Assembly: GCA_037379345.1 (NCBI GenBank)
Contig: CM074524.1
Location: forward strand, 33,551,644-33,615,643
Source of the DNA: Perna viridis
Taxonomy: Eukaryota
Direction of reading: 5' to 3'
DNA length: 64,000 bases
Below, piece after piece: positions 54,201 to 64,000 of this stretch (position 1 is the stretch's first letter; the number at the start of each line of letters is the position of its first letter). The notes beneath the pieces are model-generated. The model was not told the origin of the DNA and did no database searches. It was given only the letters and a program-made list of their open reading frames with translations. The position numbers and the translations under genes are program-made.

Positions 54201-55498
54201 ATTTCATAATTTTCATGATTACATGATTTTCAGGAACCTTTATACCTCCAATTTCCGAATCAATTTGTCGCCAAAGAATATTTTCGGATTCTTTTCCAGT
54301 ATAAGCCAATATTTGTACAACAAAGGCGCAAAAACCAAGATTTTTGTGATTCAATTGTTCGAGCGTCTAAGTCTTTCTTGGACATCAGGTGTAAAGAAAT
54401 TGAATGTACATAGAAATCACCATGTAGCCGAACGTCTCAGCTTCCTTATGGTACATGAAAATCCCCCAACTCCCACCCCCACTCCCAAAAAATAAGCATT
54501 ATACATTTATATAAAGCGTAAGAAATTAAAATCTCAAATTTTACAATTTTAGTATTTTTATTAATTTGTTTTTATTTTTGTTTTTGTTTTTTGTTTTTTT
54601 TTTTTAAACTTATAAAAATAATTTCTCAGGGTTTTTTTGTCGGGGGATGTGACTGGGGGCTTTTGTCTGGGGACTTTTGTCTTGATACTTCTCCAGACCT
54701 AGAAATCTGGTATCAGTATCAAATAAAACCTTTTACATGATACAGTACATTAATATCATAGTGTCTTTGCTTTCAAATGAAAAACACATCTTTAAGTATA
54801 TGTTTTATTATGATTATTTTTTTTATTTAACAGATGAACTAGATAGCTACAATACATACGAAAAACGAAGTTCAATGAATTATAAACAGGAAACACAGTT
54901 TCTCAGTGGTGGAAGTACGAAGGAGTTAATCATGCGGGAGTTTGATAATTTCTTCGCCGATTTATTCGGATCATGGGTTTGGAATATTGGGCGGAATAAA
55001 GATATTTGGATAGGTATTGAAGATAAGATCAATTTCCTACTTGAAAATGGCTGTGCCAATCATAAAAATATACTTTTTACAGATCAATTTATTTTGTTAG
55101 ATGAGGTTTGCAAAAAACACACGAACATGCCTTTAAAACACATCATATCCATCTCAGATTATGCTGGTCACATTACACTTAATGGATTTCGCTTGAGAAT
55201 TGACACTTCTCTCATACTATCTATTTTTGATAAAGGGATAAGGAAAGTCATGCGAAACATCAATTATGTGATGTCGTTAGAGGAAAAGAATATAAAATTT
55301 ATTCTACTTTCTGGAAACGTCGCTAATTTTCCATTAGTACGCGATGCTATTGTACAGATGTTCCCACAGTCACACGTATTAGGTGGAAAAGGTAGCAGAT
55401 CCTCGTATGAAGCCCTTAAAGGCGGAACTCAGTTTGGACATAAACCTGTTGTGTTTTCGACAATGTTTTCATGTGCACAAACATTTGTTCCACAATGA
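45297..55498 (+). CDS. Divergent heat shock 70 kDa protein 12 (HSPA12)-like protein, NBD only, 444 aa
   Basis: Exons 45297-45323, 45850-46128 (GC donor), 49645-49863, 52638-52782 and 54834-55498 splice in frame (1335 nt). Layout follows HSPA12 (FGHQA, FVISIPSV, YPEA, ALKGGTQFGHKP). First exon is the least certain. Confidence 0.8.
46330..46545. repeat. Degenerate ~21-bp tandem repeat (attatgttc.gta...)
   Basis: Periodic attatgttc motif; gives ORF 46275..46571. Confidence 0.55.
50320..50832 (-). mobile_element. SINE-like retroposon, copy B (HSPA12 intron)
   Basis: Reverse complement of copy A, full length, no TSD visible. Confidence 0.9.
50835..51006. repeat. 86-bp tandem duplication
   Basis: 50835-50920 and 50921-51006 nearly identical. 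Confidence 0.9.
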
Positions 55499-57425
55499 CT
55501 TGTTGAACGTTTTGAAATAATCAAAAATGCATAGTGAAAATTAGTTCAATTAGCATTTCAATTAGTAACCAATATCAATAAAAGAAATATATAAAAATCA
55601 CCCCTCTTTGGTTGACTAAATGTAAGCAAATCGGCAAAAATTAAAGAAGCGTAAAAATTGATAATAAAGACACATCGAAATCAAGGTTAATGGCCTTAAC
55701 GCGAAAGGAAAAACTGACACCTATACGTTCTACATACACACAGTATAGCGAACAAAGTATGATAAAAATTACGTAGTTAAGATACAAAAATTGCCGTTGG
55801 TTCTTAAAAAAAGAAACAACGCGCCCAAAAGACAAAAAGACAATTCATTTTTTTATTACGAATCAACAGCATTTCATTGTTTCTGTTATTTTAAACTATA
55901 AATTTTGACGTGACCGAATAAATCTGTTGTCAAATTCGATAAGGCCTTTTGAGTAACTGAAGTAGGTTTAATTCACTACAGGTATATATTGACTATTTTC
56001 AACATTATTGCATTAATTCAGCAAAACGTTTCGAGTGTGACCAAGTAATCAAACAGTTTCGATCCGAATTATAATGTCGATATACAAAGTTCTGATGACA
56101 TGAACTGACAGTGCAGCCAAAACGTCAATCCGAGTATTTTTTCGAGTTTCCGATCAACATTTTAATCATGATAAAAGACAAAGAGGTTTGTCTACGAGAT
56201 TTTCATTCTATCAATTTTAGTTGTTTATCCTTTATGAGAAAAGCAATCAAGGTATTTTAAGGTGTCCTGATCTGGGAAAATATCACAATGTTGTTTCTAA
56301 GAGAACTACTATTTACATTATATAACGAAGCAGTATTCAGACAGTCATGATATGAGAAATATGTTTTCGTGTGTTGATTGTGTGCAGTTATTAATAAGTA
56401 AAAAATATTAAGCGTAAACTTTGCAATGTTTAATCTCCTATGAACGTACTTGTTTTAGTTATATTATATTCGGTTCATCTAATCAATATAATATATAGTA
56501 CATTAACAAAGTTTCTATCAAAAAAACTTGAATCAACATAAACGGGATGCAGCTGATCGGAAAGAGTAGATATTTTTATTTAATTCTTTGTTCTTTGTGT
56601 TATTTGTGGAAACTTTCGATGGGTCTTTATGTATCACAATGATAATGAAATCAAAATAAAGCGAGATTTACTTCGACACCTACAAGATATACTTATTAAT
56701 AAATGATGTGCTTTACAACATGCTGTCTTAGATTACAAGATCGTGTCCCTAAATAGGCCAAGGTCATCCTTCAACATATAAGCACAAGATGAATGCTTAC
56801 AAAACTTTTAGAAAAAAAAACGTTGATGCTTTTAGAAGAAGACTTTCAATGAAAGTTCAAGGAAGAAATAACTATTAGATATTTTACATTAAATATATAT
56901 ACAAATTTAATCAAAGTTCCACATTGTTACTCCCTCAATCATGAATTGATATCAGGAGCTAGAACTCGTAATTACTTAGTTATGTTCACATTAAAAAAGA
57001 TGTTGACTATTAGTGTTATCGAATTTAATTTCATTCCTATTGGTTTTGTACTGTGTATACATAAACCACAGTTTAGAAGAACACACACCGTATTCAACAC
57101 ATCACTTCATTTTCAAATATGTGCGCCTTTTAATCTTTTGAAGTTATTTCGTTTTTATTAAATAAAAAAATATGGGAATGTATATCATGATTTTATTTAC
57201 AAGCTTTTGAAATGAAATAGAGAACCCATTTCTTTTGGGGGTAATTCAGTTTTCATTCTTGATTTTTGTTTCTGATTTTTCTGGTTATACATATCAATGT
57301 TCTTTATTTTGATACCTTTTGAGCTTTGATAAACATCTGTCTAATGAAGATGTTTTTGTTTTTTTTTTATTTAGTATAGTTTATTATACCGTATGTCAAC
57401 TAATAAAACTGAACACTGATAATCA

Positions 57426-60143
57426 TTACATTGAATCGTCGCATTGATTAAAAGTATCGTTTATTTCCCCTTGAATATCTTTGTGGTTATTATCATTATT
57501 TGTTTCCACTTTATTATCCTTTTTATCCTTTTGGTTATAAACGACAATCTCCTCTATGGTGTCCTTTAGTGCCATATTGTTTGTCTCGTTGAGAAGTACT
57601 ATGGAGAATGCAGAGATCACAAACATTGTTCCTAGCAGCAAATACATGAGACCGGGAATATGCTTGCTCTATAAAACATGTAATCTTGAGATTTAATGTA
57701 GTATAATAAATAAAAAGTCATTTTTGATTGTTTAACTACGTTATGATTTTATACATTATGAACATCTTATACTGATATATTATTATGAGAATGGCGGATG
57801 ATGATTTTTTCGGAAGTAGGGAGAGATATTGTATGGGGAATTGGGAGGTGATGTACGGAGAATGGGCATGTTTGTGGGTGGATTGGACGTGGCTTTAGGG
57901 ATTTGGAGATTGACTGATAACAAGAAGAGTTGAAGATTGCGGAATAATTTTTAAGGGGAAAAAGAGCTGATCTGGGAGATAGAAAGGGGTCTAATAAGAA
58001 TAAGATTTTTATGAGGAATAAGGACAGGGTGAATAAGATGTTTTGGGAAATGTTAAAGTGGCATGAAAAAAGAAACTTAAGGGTCAAGAGAGAAGTTTTA
58101 TGAGTAGATGGCGAATAGTAAATGGTAAATTTAAAAATGGGAAGTTTTTAATATTCAAGTGCTGTGCTAAGTAACATATACACGTAATATCATTTATTTA
58201 TTGTGTGTTTGTTAAAATATGCTCATAATATGAAGTTACTTTATTCAAAATAAGAAGAATAGTTTAAAAGCTTTTATGAGGTAGCAAGACGTTTCATGAT
58301 AAAGAAATGAAACCGTTATTCGACCTACATCTTTGTCACAAGTAGCTATCGACGCCTTTGTGATTTACCTAAAAACATTGTTTAACTTACAGCATAAACT
58401 AGCTGTGGTGCAACCATTGCCCCTACACGGGAGACTGTATTGTTAATTCCATAACCAACATTTCTGAAACAAATTGAATTATTCAACCAATACATTGTTA
58501 GCGTTACGTGTAATGGTATCTGTACATGTTTTTTTCAACTTACATGAGACCCGTGCAGGTCCGGGTGTCAAACGAATAGGCCTGCAGCAGTGCTACGCTT
58601 GTCGTAAAAGGCGACTAAATAGTGCTCAGAACCTTAGCCGGGGGCTAGGGCGCTCTGCCCATAGAGCAACTGGGATGTGTGCCCAGGTGGTGGAATGGGG
58701 TACCCCTGGTGTATTACATGCTGGGGTTGTCAGGCTATAATACGGAAAACCTGACCGCAAACCATAAAGGTGCACCGTGTTGGGAAAGATGCCACGTTCC
58801 TCGCACGTTAAAAAACCCTACTGTGGTATTCTCCTGGAGTAGGAACCATAGGGCTCCGCCACAGGAGGCTGAATTGCCCGACCCGACCACCTCTCCCTAT
58901 TTTCAGTGGCAATCAAAATTTCTCGACTCCATTGTCCTTGTGTCCCATCCCATTTTTCATTTCATCATCATTTCATGTTCCTTTTATCATCCACTGCATG
59001 TTCATTGCCTGAATATAGCTGAAATGTTGCTGCTCGGGCGTTAAACCCCAAAAAACAAACAAACATTCAACTTACATGATACCATTACAAAGCTAACATG
59101 CAAATAAATATGAATCTGGTTAAATTATAATCAATGCAATCAAACTGTCATACATAACGCTAGTAATCAGGTATGTTGTTCGATTCACAATAAGTTCATA
59201 TGTAAACTGTAGAACGGTTTTTGGTTTGATTGGTTCTAATATATTTTATTTCTTTTGATTTCGTTTTTCGTTTCGTTTGATGTTATATTGAGTTCGTTTC
59301 GGACTTTACAGGTACTTCTGATACTCTATAATTGAACCATCATTAAATGATCATTATACTTTAAACTTATAGAAGGGTCTGAAAAATTACCAACGATGTT
59401 AGAACTATCAAATTTGGGAAGCAACGTTTTGATTATTCCCTCCGCGGGACACCTAGATGAACTGTCCCGTACTACCATACATCGTGTACTAAGTTACAGC
59501 CCTAGATTAATCCTATGAGGAGGAATGATCCGGCCAGCGAAAGCTATATTTTTATATAGCCTAGCTGTCCGAGTGGTCAAGGGCGCTGGACTTTGTACAG
59601 ACGGTGTTGCAATAGATGTCACAGCGATATTTAAACGTATAGAAAGGTCTGAAAAATTCCCAACAGATGTTAGAACTGTCAAATTTGCGATGCAAATTTT
59701 TGGTCGTTCCCTCCGCGGGACTCGAACTCGTAACTCTGTGACATCTATGGCAACACTGCCTGCACAAAGTCCAGCGCCCAAGACCACTCGGCCAGCAAGG
59801 CTATATAAAAATATCTAGCTACCATACATCGTGTACTAATATAGAGGCCTAGATTAATCCTACGAGGAGGAATGACCCGGCCAGCGAAAGCTATATTTTT
59901 ATATAGCCTAGCTGATCGAGTGGTCAAGGGCGCTGGACTTAGTGCAGGCGGTGTTGGTGTTGCCATAGATGTCATAGCGGAACGAGTTCGAGTCCCGCGG
60001 AGGGAACGACCAAACATTTGCATCGCAAATTTGACAGTTATAACATCGTTGGGAATTGTTCAGACCCTTCTAAAACTTTACATTATCTTCCGTGTATCAA
60101 TTTGATCGGATGGAGCAGTGCAGCGAATAGAGTCGTCACATTC

Positions 60144-60189
<46 letters not shown>

Positions 60190-63100
60190 GTCAAAGAAAC
60201 TGCCAACCAGCAAACTGGTATTGGATCGTCGAGTCATGACGATGCAGCACAAACAAACAAACATATATAAGATTGCAAAACGATCGTTATATATATTCGC
60301 CTCCGCTCGATACAATTTACAACTGTATGTAAATCATACGTGAATAATGTGTAAACTCTATCTTGTCAGCGCTGTAGCTAGAACCAAATAGAAATGGAAG
60401 CAATCAGTTACAGAAGAGTGTAAAGAGGGAAGCTACCTTTCAAAACAGCACTAGAAAAACTTAAAATTATTCAGAACCAAAATTATTTATATAATTTCTC
60501 GGAAATGATATATTTTAACTTGATATCAACTCAAATGTTTTGTTATGATTTACAGTGATGAAAGTATGCAAAAATTATGCGGTATCCAAAATGACTGTGT
60601 TTCTAACCTTATAACCGTTGGGTACAATTCTGAGGTAAATATTATTAGCGCCATCCAGCCACAGGTTACACACAGTTTGGAGGTCAAAGCGAATGCATTC
60701 ACTAACTGGCCTTTATTGGGAATATCTTCAAATAAAACAAATATTGACATAAATAATACTTAAGATGGATTCGATTATTAATTAAAGTTATTTAACATAA
60801 AATATCGACAGTACAGTGGATATAAATGAACAAATACCACGTCCATATATAGAAGAGAATTGCTTACCAATTATCAGATGTTAATATGATTGAAATTTAG
60901 TTTTCTTGTTGTCATTTTTACTTTGATTATGGGTTTAGTTCACTATTTTATTTTTTTTTTTTTTTTTTGCTTTGTTTTCTAAATGATACATGACACAATT
61001 TTTTTCTCGCAAAATCATGTTTATCTTACCAAGGAATTGAAATATTCCAACCACTATTCCTGTTAAGCCTCCCAATACGAAAAATACCAGTGTGGTTGGC
61101 TTCCTACCAATCCTATCAAATATACACATAGTGTTTTTATGTATATTGAAGACACGTTGTACATAAAAATCGTTTTTGAAAAAAAATACACATATAAAAT
61201 GAACCCCAAAAAGTTATGACAGTAAGTTCTTGTCGTTAAGGAAGGAATCACAGGACAAATAAAGTAATCATTCGGAAGACTCAATCATTCGGAAGGCTCA
61301 ATCATCTTGGGTGCAAATTTGTTCTATTGAATAAAAGGGGAGAGATGAGTTACGTTGTACCCAAAATTGTTCACATACGTATGGAGGTTACATGCTAACT
61401 TAATTGAATTATTCAACTTTATAAACCTTACCTGTTTGTTATATATGCAACTATAATAGACACTACCTCCATAGCTCCCAGCATTACTGTGTTGACATAT
61501 ATGTTTCCAGAGAGCTGCTGTACTCCAAACGAAATAGCATAAAACCCATATCCGCAAGTTATCCTGTTAAACATGTATAAGTGGCTGAATAATGTGACTT
61601 CAATTATGAAAGTTTTTTTTCCATTGTAATGGTTTTAACACGTATCAAGATGCTTTTAACATATATCAAGATGCTTTTGATAAGTATCGTGATACATATA
61701 AAAAGTATTATGATTCTTCCTCATGGCATTACAGTAAAATTAATTAAGATGACAAAACCGCCATGTTAGTCAAAGGCATCGATATGGAAGTCAAATTGTT
61801 AATTGTATGAATTGCTTTTAATAGTTATATTGTGCCCATGTGATTTTTCCCTTAATACTATATTTAGTGGTTTAGTCTTTATCCGGTGCAACGCATTTCC
61901 AGTGCAATCACAAATTTTGATTTTTTATAACGAAGAAGAGGGGTCTGTGCGTGTAGATCATACGTCTTCAAGGACAAGTCAACAGGCGTTTACTTAAATA
62001 TTCAAACCAGCTCAACACTCCATATATGATATACTATTCTTTTTATGAATTCCCCACTGTGATTTACTGTACACCCTAAAAATTCGTGTATGCATTTAAA
62101 ATTAAGATTCCTATTTTAATACTGATTTTCAACCTACTGAAAAATAAACAGAACTGATCGATGGTCTGATATGTAGGAGACTTCCTCACTAAAATCAGAT
62201 GACAATTAAATTCACGCATTACCAAGAATTTCACCTTTTCACCAGAACAGGTTAAATAAAAACAATAATGGCGGCGAAAAACCCTTGTCATTCTTCCATT
62301 CCTTAAGTAGGTCAGCATTTACAATCATAAACACTTTTTCGACATTCAATTGATGGATATCCAGGCTATGTGTATATAAACAAAACATGTCCATCCATTG
62401 TTTTTGATTTTTTACTGGATGCTTTATATTTTGACCAGAAGTGGTTAACCCACTTAACTTCCATCATGAAGCCTTTGACATCCATCGGGATGCTGCTTTT
62501 GACAATATATTGTGCAGTGGCCTCAAAACGTTGCAGAATCTCTTGAATGTACAATAATCAAATACATACTTTGGAATTAAGGATAGTGATGGTAGAGTTT
62601 AAAATTCATGCAAGTACTTTACTAATTTTCAGTAGTATTTTGGCGGTAGATGACACCACTTTCCATCTACTATCTTTCACAGACTTCATGTCAGCAATTT
62701 ATTTGCATATTTGCTTATTACAATTAACATTTTACAATTAGCATTTTCCATGATTGTTTTATCGATCTGTCTGATATTTCGGAGTCCAAAAAGATTTTCA
62801 CAAATCACATTAAGTTTTCTTATTAAGTTTTCGCCTTTAATGACGTTTAAGGATCATTATGACGTAAGACATGACAATCCCAAAGGCAATGAAACGGATT
62901 TGATCATTTTAGCATATTTGACCAAGCAAAAAAAAATACAAGGTCCCAAGGCGGATCTAGGCCCGGCTTGCCGGGTGTGCACCCTCCCTTATTTCGAAAA
63001 TAAAATGGTAAATTATCTAAAGAAAATCATTGAATTGACCCCCTCTTTGATTAATCAACGCGCTATCCACAAGTGGGGTCTAAACTTAAAACATTGCTTA

Positions 63101-63341
63101 CCAACACAGCCCCAAAAGCAGGGACACTTTCAAGAGATAACGGTTCTTAAGTATATCAAGAACTGTTCCCTTCTTTTTCTGCATGCCGTCTTTTGCATTT
63201 CTTTGTTGTTCAACGACTTTGTATAATTCGTCTTTAGATGGAGCTGGCTTCCGATTAATTTTGCTAATTGTTGTGATGACGTCATAGGCGTCATCAATTC
63301 TGTCAACTGTAACTAACCATCGGTAGCTTTCTGGTATTACC
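57426..63341 (-). CDS. SLC22-family transporter, paralog 2, last six exons
   Basis: Exons 63102-63341 (IPESYRWL), 61432-61563, 61030-61112 (IGRKP), 60608-60725 (SELYPTVIR), 58391-58463 (NVGYG..SRVGAMVAPQ), 57426-57668 (LNET, stop); all GT-AG and in phase. Confidence 0.93.
58548..59065 (+). mobile_element. SINE-like retroposon, copy C (SLC22 intron)
   Basis: 14-bp TSD ttcaacttacatga (58534-58547 / 59066-59079). Confidence 0.9.
59360..60080. mobile_element. Inverted/tandem cluster of a ~260-bp element containing a tRNA-Leu-like Pol III unit
   Basis: A-box TGGCCGAGTGGTC, GGCGCTGGACTT, B-box GAGTTCGAGTCC; reverse arms 59360-59450 and 59630-59814, forward units 59471-59626 and 59819-60080. Confidence 0.75.
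60146..60185. repeat. (TA)n microsatellite
   Basis: Direct reading. Confidence 0.95.
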
Positions 63342-63382
63342 CTTTAAAACATTGCATTTATTTTATTGAGGTTACCCTGTCC

Positions 63383-63520
63383 TTGTACTTGATGGGTGAG
63401 GTTTTGTTATTTTGAAATGCTAGAAAAACGATGGAGAACGCCAATGCTGTTTTTGTACTTGATGGGTGAGGTTTAGTTATTTTGAAATGCTACAAGAACG
63501 ATGGAGAAGGCCCATCATTG
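63383..63520. repeat. 70-bp tandem duplication in an SLC22 intron
   Basis: ttgtacttgatgggtgaggttt at 63383 and 63453. Confidence 0.85.
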
Positions 63521-64000
63521 TATATACTTAGCTGGAAATTCACGGTTAACGGTAGATTCAATTAATTGAATGAGAAAAATGAAACAGTTGTATAATGGCA
63601 TGTATTTATCTGTTTGATCCACTAAATTGTCCAACCTTAGAACACTGTAATCACTGTTGCCTCTACTATTGCTAATGTTGAAAGCAAAATCAATATATCA
63701 ATATATATGACAAAGGCGAATCATCCGAATGTGTATAGGTACGGCGAGTTAGACGGCTTGGTAAAAAGGGATTGGGTCAGTATGGATGCTGTGTAGAATT
63801 TTTAAGTGTTCATGTATGTTTTAGGTAGAAATGACGTACCTACACAAATACGCCTGTCGTATAGAATGAACTTCTAAGCTACTCAGTTATACAGAAAGAT
63901 TTGCATTTGGTTATTTGAGATTTTTTCCACGGATTCAAAGTAACTTAACTTACCAAATGCCTATAAACCATGGCAAGCAAAAGACTGCGCATGCAATTTG

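Noticed and set aside
57767-58087. Strand-biased 106-aa ORF in an SLC22 intron
   Set aside because: No recognisable motif or splice context; probably an old retroelement fragment
59850-59915. Hammerhead in the leader of the tRNA-like element (CCTACGAG...GCGAAA + hairpin)
   Set aside because: Lacks CUGANGA and has C in place of the required U after stem III; no stem I
59906-60012. Functional tRNA-Leu or tRNA-Sec gene
   Set aside because: Acceptor and anticodon stems do not pair; only promoter-box similarity remains

Overview
AT-rich eukaryotic genomic DNA, most likely from a bivalve mollusc (inferred from the HSPA12-type gene, Naiad-type Penelope elements and Meta-domain SINE-like repeats). 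Host genes: two tandem, minus-strand, multi-exon SLC22/organic-cation-transporter paralogs (5827-11107, last two exons not in window; 57426-63341, first exons beyond window) and a complete 5-exon plus-strand, highly divergent HSPA12-like gene (45297-55498) that has lost its ATP-binding motifs and substrate-binding domain. Much of the rest is transposable elements. There is a very young but coding-dead Gypsy LTR element (27284-34631) and a 6.3 kb fold-back IS3EU-like DNA transposon made of two inverted SAM-HTH-DDE transposase arms around a HECT E3-ligase remnant (18302-24643). There are also three Naiad-type Penelope copies, a second Penelope family, an RTE-X-like LINE remnant, three full-length copies of a 520 bp SINE-like element with a pseudoknot head instead of a tRNA head, an inverted tRNA-Leu-like element and several MITEs and tandem repeats. 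All calls come from manual reading; no database searches were run.
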